Positions 20,748-30,882 of a stretch of 64,000 bases of DNA are shown here, piece by piece; the first letter of the stretch is position 1; each line of letters begins with the position of its first letter. Source of the DNA: an uncultured virus (IMG/VR IMGVR_UViG_3300028414_000637) (lineage: Duplodnaviria; Heunggongvirae; Uroviricota; Caudoviricetes); the IMG/VR virus record IMGVR_UViG_3300028414_000637; one strand, 5' to 3'. The translations under genes and the position numbers were made by a program. The notes below the pieces were generated by a model. The model was not told the origin of the DNA. It saw only the letters and a program-made list of their open reading frames with translations, and ran no database searches.

Positions 20748-21839
20748 ATGCCAAGAGCATTTGACGTAAGTAAATTTAGAAAAAGTATCACAAAAGCAGT
20801 TCCAGGCGTTAGTTCTGGTTTTCGTGACCCTGATACTTGGATCTCAACAGGTAACTACTGTCTAAACAAGTTAATCAGTGGAGACTTTTATAAAGGTATT
20901 CCACTAGGAAAAGTAACAGTATTTGCAGGCGAAAGCGGTGCAGGTAAATCATATGTTGCGGCAGGCAACATTGTCAAGGCGGCACAAGACCAAGGTATCT
21001 TTGTAGTTCTGATAGACTCAGAAAATGCATTAGATGAGAAATGGCTACATGCATTGCAAGTAGATACTGCCGAAGACAAACTGTTGAAATTAAATGTGGC
21101 AATGATTGACGATGTTGCTAAAATTATTAATGACTTTATGAAAGATTACAAGGCGGAGTATGCTGATGCAGAAGACTCAGAACGTCCTAAAGTAATGTTT
21201 GTTATTGATAGTTTAGGAATGATGTTGACACCAACTGACGTTGACCAGTTTCAAAAAGGTGATATGAAAGGTGACATGGGTCGTAAACCTAAAGCACTAG
21301 CATCACTAGTTCGTAACTCAGTTAATATGTTTGGTGATTACAATGTAGGACTAGTATGTACTAATCACACATATGCATCACAAGATATGTTTGACCCGGA
21401 TGATAAGATTTCAGGTGGACAAGGGTTTATCTATGCATCAAGTATTGTTGTTGCAATGAAAAAACTTAAACTAAAAGTTGACGCAGACGGTAATAAAACA
21501 TCACAAGTACACGGTATTCGAGCGGCTTGTAAAGTAATGAAAACACGTTATGCAAAACCATTTGAAAGCGTACAAGTAGAAATTCCATACGAAACAGGTA
21601 TGAGTCCTTACAGTGGTCTTTTGGATTTCTTTGAAGCAAAAGGTGTACTAGTCAAGCAAGGCAATCGTTTGAAATATATGACTAAAGCAGGCGAAGAAAT
21701 GATTGAGTTCCGTAAAAACTGGACTGATGAAAAACTTAACGTAGTAATGGAAGAATGGAATGATAGAAATTTTGATGATGAATCAGAAGAACTAGAAGCT
21801 CCAGAATTAGATAACATCGAAGTAAACGAGGAAGCATAA
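20748..21839 (+). CDS. uvsX: RecA-like recombinase UvsX
   Basis: GESGAGKS, IDSENA, VIDSLG, NHTY, SGG.G..YASS. Confidence 0.92.
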   Translation: MPRAFDVSKFRKSITKAVPGVSSGFRDPDTWISTGNYCLNKLISGDFYKGIPLGKVTVFAGESGAGKSYVAAGNIVKAAQDQGIFVVLIDSENALDEKWLHALQVDTAEDKLLKLNVAMIDDVAKIINDFMKDYKAEYADAEDSERPKVMFVIDSLGMMLTPTDVDQFQKGDMKGDMGRKPKALASLVRNSVNMFGDYNVGLVCTNHTYASQDMFDPDDKISGGQGFIYASSIVVAMKKLKLKVDADGNKTSQVHGIRAACKVMKTRYAKPFESVQVEIPYETGMSPYSGLLDFFEAKGVLVKQGNRLKYMTKAGEEMIEFRKNWTDEKLNVVMEEWNDRNFDDESEELEAPELDNIEVNEEA

Positions 21840-22303
21840 TGGCTAAATATTTTTCGACCAAGTGCTATGGGCATAACATTGGACTAAGTGCAGTGTTTAG
21901 ACAGCCCCATGCAGATTCACATTGTAGTTTATTACATGGATATAGTTTATCATTCAAATTTACATTTGGATGTAATGAACTAGATGAACGTAATTGGGTA
22001 GTAGATTTTGGTGGATTAAAACCACTAAAGAAATGGCTAGAGGATAGTTTCGACCATAAAGTAGTTTGTGATAGAAATGACCCTCTGTTGTATAAGTTGA
22101 CTGAATTAGAATCATCTGGTCTAGCAGAACTTACACTATTAGATGGTGTAGGGGTCGAAAAATTTTCAGAACACGCTTGGCGTTTTGCGGATAAACTCGT
22201 AAGAGAATCTTCAAATGGTAGGTGTTTTTGTGTAAGAGTAGAATGTGCGGAACATGGCGCAAATTCGGCAATTTATGAGGCATACATGCCTCATCGTTTA
22301 TGA
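21839..22303 (+). CDS. queD: 6-carboxytetrahydropterin synthase (QueD/PTPS family)
   Basis: HC..LHGY, WVVDFGGLK, FDH, EH..NSA.Y. Confidence 0.88.
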   Translation: MAKYFSTKCYGHNIGLSAVFRQPHADSHCSLLHGYSLSFKFTFGCNELDERNWVVDFGGLKPLKKWLEDSFDHKVVCDRNDPLLYKLTELESSGLAELTLLDGVGVEKFSEHAWRFADKLVRESSNGRCFCVRVECAEHGANSAIYEAYMPHRL

Positions 22304-22310
22304 GGACCAA

Positions 22311-22535
22311 ATGGCGGCAGTAGAGTTAGAAACAGTATTTGAGTTATGGGAAAAAGTTTTACCTTTTATCCCAGCAAAAGATAAATTAGAAGCGGCAGAA
22401 ACATTTATTAAAGTGTGCGATGATAGTGGAATCGAACAAAATGAGATAGATGAATTTGCTGAAGGAGACAAGATACTTGAAACGGCGGTAGACAGGTATT
22501 TCGAAGAATTTGAAGATGAAGAGGAAGACTGGTAA
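22311..22535 (+). CDS. Small acidic hypothetical protein (start revised)
   Basis: GAGGA SD before ATG 22311. Confidence 0.6.
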   Translation: MAAVELETVFELWEKVLPFIPAKDKLEAAETFIKVCDDSGIEQNEIDEFAEGDKILETAVDRYFEEFEDEEEDW

Positions 22536-23005
22536 TGGAAAATTGGTATAGTAAGGTAGTTAAGGATTGGGCTAAAATTCCTGATTGCGTTGATTACTTC
22601 ACCAATGAATTATCGGATGCACGTTCAGAAGTAAGAATTTATGGCAATGTGGAGAAAAATGCTACACATTTGCCATCTTACGTTGAATTGCGTTTTGCTC
22701 AATTACAAGAACTTGAAGCAATCCTAGAACATCTAAATATACAGTTACGTAAAAAACGTAGTGAATATTTACGAAAATATTTAGAGAACTACAACAAGGC
22801 ACTTAGTTCCCGTGATGCAGAAAAGTATGCAGATGGCGAAGCTGAGGTTGTTGCTATTAGTGAACTAATAAATCAAGTAGCATACACCCGTAATCAGTAT
22901 TTAGGTATAACAAAAGGTTTTGAGATTAAACACTTTCAGTTAACCAATATAATTAAGTTACGAGTAGCAGGAATGGAAGATGCAGAAATAAACAACAGAC
23001 ATTAA
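22535..23005 (+). CDS. uvsY: Recombination mediator UvsY-like
   Basis: Helical ~156 aa near uvsX; Y...L...D..KY.D.., F.L.NI.KLR.AG pattern. Confidence 0.75.
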   Translation: MENWYSKVVKDWAKIPDCVDYFTNELSDARSEVRIYGNVEKNATHLPSYVELRFAQLQELEAILEHLNIQLRKKRSEYLRKYLENYNKALSSRDAEKYADGEAEVVAISELINQVAYTRNQYLGITKGFEIKHFQLTNIIKLRVAGMEDAEINNRH

Positions 23006-23052
23006 TGAACACCGGTAATGAGTAAATACATTACCAGTTAGAGAGATAAAAC

Positions 23053-25365
23053 ATGAGCGAAATTAAAGTAATCAAAAGAGACGGCATCCCAGAGCCACTA
23101 GACTTAGAAAAAATGCACAAAGTTGTGATGTTTGCATGTGAAGGCATTGCAGGTGTAAGTGCAAGTGAAGTAGAATTAAAATCACATATTCAATTTTTTG
23201 ATGGTATTACTAGTGTAGAAATACAAGAAACATTGATTAAAGCCGCGGCAGATTTAATATCAGAAGAAACTCCAAACTATCAATGGGTAGCGGGTAATCT
23301 TGTGAACTATCATTTGAGAAAAATGGTATATAACAGTTTTGAACCATGGCATATTCGTGATATTATTAAATTAAATACAGAAAAAGGTTTCTATGATCCA
23401 TCACTACTTGAAGATTATTCAGAAGAAGATTGGGAAGAAATTAATAGTTTTATCAAACACGAAAGAGATTTCAATATTGCATATGTTGGTATGGAACAGT
23501 TTCGTGGCAAATACTTAGTTCAAAATAGGGTAACTGGGCACCATTTTGAAACACCGCAGATTACATACGCTCTAATTTCTGCATCTTTATTTGGTAACTA
23601 TCCAAAAGAAACAAGAATGAAATATGTCAGAGAATACTATGATTCAATTAGTAATTTTGATATCTCTCTGCCTACTCCTGTTATGGCTGGCGTACGTACG
23701 CCACAGCGACAGTTTTCATCCTGTGTTCTGATTGAAACAGACGATTCACTAGATTCTATAAATGCTACCTCTAGTGCAGTGGTCAAGTATGTTTCTCAGA
23801 AAGCAGGCATAGGTATTGGTGCCGGTAGCATCCGTGCTATAAATTCACCAATACGAAATGGAGATGCAAGTCATACAGGAGTTATTCCTTTTTATAAATT
23901 ATTTCAAGCAAGTGTAAAATCATGTTCGCAAGGCGGCGTCCGTGGCGGAGCGGCAACTTTATATTATCCGTTATGGCATTACGAAGTAGAAGACTTATTA
24001 GTATTAAAGAATAACAAAGGCACAGAAGATAATAGAGTACGTCATATGGATTATGGTGTACAATTTAATAAATTAATGTATGAACGTCTAATGAGTGGAG
24101 GAGATATTACATTATTCTCTCCATCTGATGTTCCTGGTCTATATGAAGCATTCTTTGATGACCAAGATAAATTTCGTGAATTGTATGAAAAAGCAGAACG
24201 TTCTACTAAAATTCGTAAAAGAACAGTTCCTGCATTAGACTTATTTTCAGCATTTATGAATGAACGTAAAAATACAGGTCGTATATATTTGATGAATGTA
24301 GACCATGCAAATGAGCATAGTTCATTCATTTCAGATATGGCACCTATACGACAGTCAAACTTATGTTGCGAAATTAATCTACCAACGAAGCCTTTAAAAC
24401 ATTTACATGATGAAGAAGGTGAAATTGCTCTTTGTACTCTTAGTGCGATTAATTGGGGAAATATTAAAACACCAGAAGACTTTGCTAAACCTTGTGAGTT
24501 AGCAGTGCGTGGCTTGGATGCTCTATTAGATTATCAAAGATATCCTGTACTTGCGGCTGAAATTTCAACTAATAATAGAAGACCTCTTGGTGTTGGTATT
24601 ATTAATTTTGCATACTGGTTAGCTAAGAATGATACAAACTATTCTGACCCTGATTTAAAACTTGTTGATGAATGGGCAGAAGCGTGGTCGTATCATCTTA
24701 TCAAAGCATCTAATACTTTAGCACAAGAATACAATGCATGTCCGTTATCATCACAAACTAAGTACGGAAACGGAATTTTGCCAATTGATACATATAAACC
24801 TGAGGTTGATGAATTAGTAAAAAGAAAATATACACAAGACTGGAAAGGTCTAAGAAAAGATTTAAAAAAACACGGCATTCGTAACTCAACACTGATGGCA
24901 CTTATGCCTGCTGAAACGTCTGCACAAATATCAAATTCAACTAATGGTATAGAACCACCGAGAAGTATGGTTAGTGTTAAGCAGTCCAAACATGGTGTGT
25001 TAAAGCAAGTTGTACCCGGTATTCACAAGTTAAAAAACAAGTATGAGTTGTTATGGGACCAAGAGTCGCCAGAGGGATATCTAAAAATTATGGCTGTATT
25101 ACAAAAATATATTGACCAAGGTATATCAGTTAATACTTCATACAACCCTATATTCTTTGAAGATGAAAAGATACCAATGTCAGTGATGTTGCAACATCTT
25201 ATTATGTTCTACAAATACGGTGGTAAACAACTTTATTACTTTAATACATTTGATGGACAAGGGGAAATTGATGTAAGTAAAGATATTCCAGAGGATTTGA
25301 AGTCAAGGGAAGAGTTTAACAGCGACATAGAGTATGAAGAATATTGTGATAGTTGTGCTATCTAA
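23053..25365 (+). CDS. nrdA: Ribonucleoside-diphosphate reductase class Ia alpha subunit
   Basis: ATP cone (VIKRDG), PTP.MAG, QFSSC, SNLCCEI, MP.ETS, LYY, C-terminal CxxC. Confidence 0.97.
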   Translation: MSEIKVIKRDGIPEPLDLEKMHKVVMFACEGIAGVSASEVELKSHIQFFDGITSVEIQETLIKAAADLISEETPNYQWVAGNLVNYHLRKMVYNSFEPWHIRDIIKLNTEKGFYDPSLLEDYSEEDWEEINSFIKHERDFNIAYVGMEQFRGKYLVQNRVTGHHFETPQITYALISASLFGNYPKETRMKYVREYYDSISNFDISLPTPVMAGVRTPQRQFSSCVLIETDDSLDSINATSSAVVKYVSQKAGIGIGAGSIRAINSPIRNGDASHTGVIPFYKLFQASVKSCSQGGVRGGAATLYYPLWHYEVEDLLVLKNNKGTEDNRVRHMDYGVQFNKLMYERLMSGGDITLFSPSDVPGLYEAFFDDQDKFRELYEKAERSTKIRKRTVPALDLFSAFMNERKNTGRIYLMNVDHANEHSSFISDMAPIRQSNLCCEINLPTKPLKHLHDEEGEIALCTLSAINWGNIKTPEDFAKPCELAVRGLDALLDYQRYPVLAAEISTNNRRPLGVGIINFAYWLAKNDTNYSDPDLKLVDEWAEAWSYHLIKASNTLAQEYNACPLSSQTKYGNGILPIDTYKPEVDELVKRKYTQDWKGLRKDLKKHGIRNSTLMALMPAETSAQISNSTNGIEPPRSMVSVKQSKHGVLKQVVPGIHKLKNKYELLWDQESPEGYLKIMAVLQKYIDQGISVNTSYNPIFFEDEKIPMSVMLQHLIMFYKYGGKQLYYFNTFDGQGEIDVSKDIPEDLKSREEFNSDIEYEEYCDSCAI

Positions 25366-25431
25366 ATATCAAATGACAAAGTAACAAAAAAGATAAATAT
25401 CACATTAGAACTAGAAAGTAGAGAGATATAA

Positions 25432-26562
25432 ATGTCAGTATTCAATTCAGATAATAAAGCAGACCATACGAAAGCATTGGCTTTCTTAGACCCATCAGGC
25501 GGAGTAGCAATTCAACGTTTTGATATGTTAAAATACAAACAGTTTGATAAACTTACTGACAAGCAACTAGGTTTCTTTTGGCGTCCAGAAGAAGTAGATG
25601 TAACTAAAGATTCAAATGATTTTAAAAATCTTACAGACCATGAGCGTCATATCTTTACATCAAATCTAAAGCGTCAAATTCTACTAGATAGTGTACAAGG
25701 TCGTGCACCAGTAGAAGCATTTGGCCCACTAGTATCTATTCCAGAACTAGAAGCATGGATCCAAACTTGGACATTTTCAGAAACAATTCACTCACGTTCA
25801 TATACACACATTATTAGAAATGTTTATTCAGACCCATCAAAAGTATTTGATGAAATGATGGATATCAATGAAATCATGGATTGTGCAGATGATATTTCTA
25901 AAAACTATGATGAACTAATTGAAATGACAGGTTTCTATAACTTGTTGGGCGAAGGCACACATACAGTCAATGGTAAGAAAGTACCAATCAGTGAATATGA
26001 AATTAAAAAATCTCTATATAAAACACTTATGAGTGTTAATATTTTAGAAGGTGTTCGTTTCTATGTCTCATTTGCTTGTTCATGGGCATTTGCAGAACTT
26101 AAAAAGATGGAAGGCAATGCTAAGATTATTAAGCTAATTGCACGTGATGAAAATCTACACTTGGCATCTACACAAACACTTCTAAAACTTCTACCAAAAG
26201 ATGATCCAGACTTCATTCAGATTGCTAAAGAGACAGAAGAAGAATGTATCCAAATGTTTGTAGATGCAGTAGAACAAGAAAAAGAATGGGCACAGTATCT
26301 ATTTAAAGATGGTTCAATGATTGGTTTGAATGCAAAATTACTTGATGACTATATTGAGTGGATTTGTTGCAAACGTATGACAGCCGTTGGACTAAAATGT
26401 CCATACAAAACGTCACAAGCAAACCCATTACCTTGGACACAAAAATGGATTGCTGGCGCAGATGTACAAGTTGCACCTCAAGAAACAGAAATTTCATCTT
26501 ATGTTATTGGTGGTGTAAAACAAGACGTTGATAAAGAAACATTTGGCGGAATGTCTCTATGA
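25432..26562 (+). CDS. nrdB: Ribonucleoside-diphosphate reductase class Ia beta subunit
   Basis: FFWRPEE, LDSVQGR, ETIHSRSY, LEGVRFY, RDENLH, APQE.E..SY. Confidence 0.97.
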   Translation: MSVFNSDNKADHTKALAFLDPSGGVAIQRFDMLKYKQFDKLTDKQLGFFWRPEEVDVTKDSNDFKNLTDHERHIFTSNLKRQILLDSVQGRAPVEAFGPLVSIPELEAWIQTWTFSETIHSRSYTHIIRNVYSDPSKVFDEMMDINEIMDCADDISKNYDELIEMTGFYNLLGEGTHTVNGKKVPISEYEIKKSLYKTLMSVNILEGVRFYVSFACSWAFAELKKMEGNAKIIKLIARDENLHLASTQTLLKLLPKDDPDFIQIAKETEEECIQMFVDAVEQEKEWAQYLFKDGSMIGLNAKLLDDYIEWICCKRMTAVGLKCPYKTSQANPLPWTQKWIAGADVQVAPQETEISSYVIGGVKQDVDKETFGGMSL

Positions 26563-26813
26563 TTGATGCAACTGCAATGGGTACTGTAGTTTATGATGTT
26601 CAAGACCATATAGCACTAGAACCAAATAATAATGCACATTATTGTTTAATACCTAAACAAGTAGACCAAAATCTTATCTTAAAGCTACACAAGATAATGA
26701 TGGATATTGGTAATCATAATATCAGATTAGAGAATTGTGATACCTATGAAATAACAATGCGATTTATAGATAAACATCCAATAGTAGAAATGTTTATCAA
26801 CAAAGAGGACTAA
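26559..26813 (+). CDS. Hypothetical protein
   Basis: Translationally coupled ORF. Confidence 0.55.
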   Translation: MIDATAMGTVVYDVQDHIALEPNNNAHYCLIPKQVDQNLILKLHKIMMDIGNHNIRLENCDTYEITMRFIDKHPIVEMFINKED

Positions 26814-27464
26814 ATGACTGAATTTACGGAAGAATGGATTAGGCTTAATAACTTTAAGTTTTCTATGCAAAATGAGGTAGCAAGACTACCAGAAACTGAA
26901 TTAGACAGAAAAATAATTGATAGACAATTAATACCATTTATACAGAACTCATATCCAGATAAGAAAGATATCAATATCTTAGATATTGGCTGTAATGAAG
27001 GTTATGCTATGGAAAAATTTTCCGAGTTGGGATACACTAACGTTCAGGGAATTACTATTGAAAAAGAAGAATGGGACAAATGTAAAGCAAAAGACTTAAA
27101 AGTACATCTTATGGATTACAATTTTAATCAAGTAATGAACAACTATTTTCATGTGGTATGGATGCGTCAATCATTGCAGTTTTCTCATATGCCATTTTTT
27201 ACGCTTTTAGAACTCAATAGAATGATGAAAATCAATGGTTGGGCTTATATTGAAGTTCCGCATTCAACAAACGAACACAAATATTATGCTACATTACATC
27301 CGGATAACTACAGATTGTTTATGATTCGTGCAGGATTTGAAATAGTACAATATGACTATTATGAATTAAATTCAGATGGCAAAAGTGAGAGGCATGTTTT
27401 CTTTGCTTTAAACAAGCGTAGAAACATCCAACTAGCTAACGCAGATACAATTTCAGACAAATAA
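26814..27464 (+). CDS. Class I SAM-dependent methyltransferase
   Basis: ILDIGCNEG motif I; L.E.NR..K.NG. Confidence 0.85.
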   Translation: MTEFTEEWIRLNNFKFSMQNEVARLPETELDRKIIDRQLIPFIQNSYPDKKDINILDIGCNEGYAMEKFSELGYTNVQGITIEKEEWDKCKAKDLKVHLMDYNFNQVMNNYFHVVWMRQSLQFSHMPFFTLLELNRMMKINGWAYIEVPHSTNEHKYYATLHPDNYRLFMIRAGFEIVQYDYYELNSDGKSERHVFFALNKRRNIQLANADTISDK

Positions 27465-27566
27465 TTTTATAAAAAGCTAATAAAACTGCGGCTTTTTTGC
27501 CTATTTTTTTCCTTGACATACTATGCAACTTATGATATTCTAATCCATAAGAAAAGGAGGTACTTT

Positions 27567-27869
27567 ATGTTTAATTGGTTAAACCGTAAAGATACACTAA
27601 CACCTAAAGGAGAAATGATGAAAACATCAAAACAAGAGAAAATAATCAATGCATTAAAAGACGGAGAAGCATTGACAGAAGCTACTATGAAAAATAGGTA
27701 TGGAGTTGCAAATCCGAGAGCAACTATCAGTGCTTTGAGAATGAAAGGTTACGCCGTATATGCTAATAAAAGCAAACATGGTAAAACTGTATACAGACTA
27801 GGAGCTCCCCTAAGAAGGGTTGTAGCCGCTGGTTACAGAGCCTTAGCAGACGAAAAAGTGTTTGGGTAA
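27567..27869 (+). CDS. Small winged-helix DNA-binding protein
   Basis: L..G..LT....RYGV.N.RATIS.LR..GY pattern; strong SD; sigma70-like promoter at 27513. Confidence 0.65.
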   Translation: MFNWLNRKDTLTPKGEMMKTSKQEKIINALKDGEALTEATMKNRYGVANPRATISALRMKGYAVYANKSKHGKTVYRLGAPLRRVVAAGYRALADEKVFG

Positions 27870-27929
27870 AACATAATATAATGCCCTGGCCTCTAAAGCC
27901 AGGGCCAAACAATCAACCAAAGATGATTT

Positions 27930-28121
27930 ATGACGAGAAAAATCAAAGTGAAATTCACTGATGATAAAGAATTTATAGAAGAAAAAGAAGGTTTAGGACT
28001 TAAAAAACTATTCAAATCAATCAAAGCGCCCGATGGCCTTACTCATTTAAGAGTAGAATATACTAACAGAAAAGGCACAAAAATTGACAGATGGGCAAAA
28101 ATACCTAAAAATAAAGACTAA
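27930..28121 (+). CDS. Small basic hypothetical protein
   Basis: ORF track. Confidence 0.55.
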   Translation: MTRKIKVKFTDDKEFIEEKEGLGLKKLFKSIKAPDGLTHLRVEYTNRKGTKIDRWAKIPKNKD

Positions 28122-28135
28122 AATACCCAAAAACT

Positions 28136-28161
28136 TGACAGAATCACGAATCATGCTATAA
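28136..28161 (+). promoter_or_regulatory. Strong early sigma70-like promoter
   Basis: TTGACA...TGCTATAAT with extended -10; CGAATC in the spacer. Confidence 0.75.
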
Positions 28162-28195
28162 TGTTTACATAATCAATAGAAAGAGGGTAAACAAT

Positions 28196-28621
28196 ATGGC
28201 TTATATTTCAACTAACGAAGTAAAAGAAGTTCGTAAAGCACTCAAAGAGAAGTTCGGTAAAAACATCAAGTTCTCAGTAACACGTGACCATTATACAGGC
28301 ATTAGCGTTTCAATTATGGAAGGCGTAATGGACTTTTATGGTGATAAGGACATGGGTCATACTGACCGTTATAACAACGATAAGTTTTATCCGTTCACTG
28401 GTCATGCACAGATTAATCATTATCACACACATATGTATGGGAAATATGAATCGTTATTTGACGATATCAAAGAAATTTGTCATACTGCTCCTGCTAAAGC
28501 CGAAGGCGGACGAGCATATTATGACAACTCAGATGCAATGATTGATTATTTTGATACCGCATTTTATGTAAACATCAATGTCGGTAAATGGGATAAACCT
28601 TATATTAAAAAGGCGGCATAA
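28196..28621 (+). CDS. Early protein, LPD29-like
   Basis: R.ALK..F...KFSV and YYDNSD.M.DYFD..FY pattern. Confidence 0.55.
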   Translation: MAYISTNEVKEVRKALKEKFGKNIKFSVTRDHYTGISVSIMEGVMDFYGDKDMGHTDRYNNDKFYPFTGHAQINHYHTHMYGKYESLFDDIKEICHTAPAKAEGGRAYYDNSDAMIDYFDTAFYVNINVGKWDKPYIKKAA

Positions 28622-28623
28622 TA

Positions 28624-28791
28624 TTGTATACTGTAAAAATTAAAGGCACTAATAAAGTTGTGGCATATTGCTCCGAGTGGAAAGACGCAAAAGCATATTT
28701 TCACTCTCAAAAACTTGATGGTGTAGAATATGTAATCGAAACAGCAGTGAATGAAGAAACTGTACAGATTGTAGACAAGTTTGAGGAATAA
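28624..28791 (+). CDS. Small hypothetical protein (55 aa, TTG start, not in ORF track)
   Basis: Fills the gap between neighbouring ORFs exactly. Confidence 0.45.
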   Translation: MYTVKIKGTNKVVAYCSEWKDAKAYFHSQKLDGVEYVIETAVNEETVQIVDKFEE

Positions 28792-28794
28792 AGA

Positions 28795-29052
28795 ATGAAT
28801 TTGAAAAACAACACACTGGAAGATGCTATTTCTAAAAATATACCGGTATATTTGGTATATAAGGAAGATACAAAAGAAATATTAGAGTGGTGGCCATTTG
28901 GTGAAGCATTGGCAAAATCTAGTGCTGGAATGCGTAATAGTATGCATGGACCGGAAAGTCATAATTATGCAACTTGGGACAAGTATGTACTAATACGTGA
29001 TAAGCATAATAAACATCTTAAACAACTGGAAGAGATTGAACGGAGGTTATGA
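28795..29052 (+). CDS. Hypothetical protein
   Basis: ORF track, GAGG SD. Confidence 0.55.
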   Translation: MNLKNNTLEDAISKNIPVYLVYKEDTKEILEWWPFGEALAKSSAGMRNSMHGPESHNYATWDKYVLIRDKHNKHLKQLEEIERRL

Positions 29053-29053
29053 T

Positions 29054-29662
29054 ATGGCTAAAGCCCAAAGGAATGATTATTCTGTACCACGACCGGTATG
29101 TCAAACAGAAGGATGTGAAGATTTAGCACATAATACGGCATCAGCAGACAAGCCTGTTTGGCGAAAATACTGCGGAAAGTGTCACAATTTAAGACGAAAG
29201 AATTTTCAAAATTTATCATCGAATTTAACAAAGCGCCAATATCCGACATGTACAATTAAGAATTGTAGAAAAAAAGCAACATTGTTAGGAACAAATCACG
29301 AAGGAGAACTTAAGTTTTCTGAATACTGTGAACAGCATGGCGGCACCCCTTATCATTTACAATGGCGAAAACCTTACTGTGAAAATATAGATGGTCGTTT
29401 GGGATTTAAATGCACCACCAATATATATTATGACCCGCCATTGCCTAAATCAATAGAATGGTTAAGAGATTATGGATTCCCTCAACCGATGTTACAAGTA
29501 GACCATATGGACGGCAATCCATATAATGAACCAACTGATGGTTCTAATTTTCAGACATTATGTGCATGTTGTCATACATATAAAACATGGAAATCTGGAG
29601 ACTCCCAGACAGCCGGCCGTAAACAACTTAAAGAAGCCGCAAATAATAATGAAATTAAATAG
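29054..29662 (+). CDS. HNH endonuclease-like protein with Zn-binding repeats
   Basis: LQVDHMDGN...N.QTLC.CCH..K HNH motif; two C...C...C..H repeats. Confidence 0.75.
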   Translation: MAKAQRNDYSVPRPVCQTEGCEDLAHNTASADKPVWRKYCGKCHNLRRKNFQNLSSNLTKRQYPTCTIKNCRKKATLLGTNHEGELKFSEYCEQHGGTPYHLQWRKPYCENIDGRLGFKCTTNIYYDPPLPKSIEWLRDYGFPQPMLQVDHMDGNPYNEPTDGSNFQTLCACCHTYKTWKSGDSQTAGRKQLKEAANNNEIK

Positions 29663-29742
29663 GTACAAAAACTTGACAATATAGCGAATCGTGTTATAGT
29701 ATATACATAATGAAAATTAAAACACAACATAGGAGTGAATAC

Positions 29743-30750
29743 ATGAGTGAGAACATGCAAGTAGCACAAATCGAAAAAGGTACATATAGAAATGAATCAG
29801 TAGAAGGTGCGTTTCCGGTTGTTTCAAGTCTGAAACAAGCTAAAGACGGGTCTTGGTTTATTACTGTTAATGCTGAGGAAAGTAAATTTAATAATCCTAA
29901 GATTAGGGTTAAAGTTGACCCAGAAAATGTAAAAGTTTCTGAAGGTTCTGTTGCGTCTGTTAATGAAACAGATGAAGAGGCGATGAATCGGATTGCTGAA
30001 CGTTTCTCTATTTTAGATGAAATGACCGAGGCAACAATCGATGGTGTTGTTAGAGGTATGGTAGTTTCAGGACCTCCTGGTGTTGGTAAAACATTTGGTG
30101 TTGAGCAAGTACTTGAAAAGGATTCAATCTTTGACATGATGGCTGATAAGCCTCTTAGACATACTTTTGTAAAAGGTACAATGTCTGCGATTGGTCTTTA
30201 CTCTACACTTTACAAATACTCTGATCCAAAGAGTATCGTAGTACTAGACGATTGTGATAGTATTCTTTTTAATGAGGATGCACTAAACATTCTTAAGGCC
30301 GCACTTGATAGCGGTAAGAAGAGGAAGATTTCTTGGAACTCTGACTCACATTTCTTAAGAAGGGAAGGTGTTCCTGATACTTTCGAATTCAAAGGTTCAG
30401 TTATCTTTATCACTAACTTGAAATTTGATAAAGTTAAAGGTAACAAAATCAAAGACCACTTGGAAGCAATTCTTTCAAGGTGTCACTATCTTGATTTGAC
30501 TATGGACACTGCAAGAGATAAAATCTTGAGAATTAAACAGATTGCGAGAGACGGTGGTCTATTTGATACTAAAGGTTTGAGCAAGGAACAGGAAGTTGAA
30601 ATTATTGACTTCATGGTTGAAAATCAAAAGAAATTGAGAGAAGTTTCTTTGAGAATGGCTCAGAAAATTGCAGACCTTAGAAATATGTCTAAGTCAGGAG
30701 ACAGATGGAAGAGTTTAGCTGAGACCACTTGTATGAAACGAGCGGCATAA
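29743..30750 (+). CDS. AAA-type ATPase
   Basis: GPPGVGKT Walker A, VVLDDCD Walker B, IFITN sensor, SR Arg finger; strong early promoter at 29673. Confidence 0.85.
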   Translation: MSENMQVAQIEKGTYRNESVEGAFPVVSSLKQAKDGSWFITVNAEESKFNNPKIRVKVDPENVKVSEGSVASVNETDEEAMNRIAERFSILDEMTEATIDGVVRGMVVSGPPGVGKTFGVEQVLEKDSIFDMMADKPLRHTFVKGTMSAIGLYSTLYKYSDPKSIVVLDDCDSILFNEDALNILKAALDSGKKRKISWNSDSHFLRREGVPDTFEFKGSVIFITNLKFDKVKGNKIKDHLEAILSRCHYLDLTMDTARDKILRIKQIARDGGLFDTKGLSKEQEVEIIDFMVENQKKLREVSLRMAQKIADLRNMSKSGDRWKSLAETTCMKRAA

Positions 30751-30788
30751 AGCTACAACAGTTAACTAAGAGCCATCTTAGTTATACC

Positions 30789-30833
30789 GAGACGGTACTA
30801 GGTTTCTCTCACTCGCCTAGTATCGTCTTTTTT
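30789..30833 (+). terminator. Rho-independent terminator
   Basis: GACGGTACTAGG/CCTAGTATCGTC stem followed by a T-run. Confidence 0.75.
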
Positions 30834-30882
30834 CATTTATACTATTGCATTTTCTTTCGAAACATGCTATAATCAAATCATA

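Noticed and set aside
23053..26562. Introns or inteins in nrdA/nrdB (also terL, helicase, uvsX)
   Set aside because: All are uninterrupted and of normal length.
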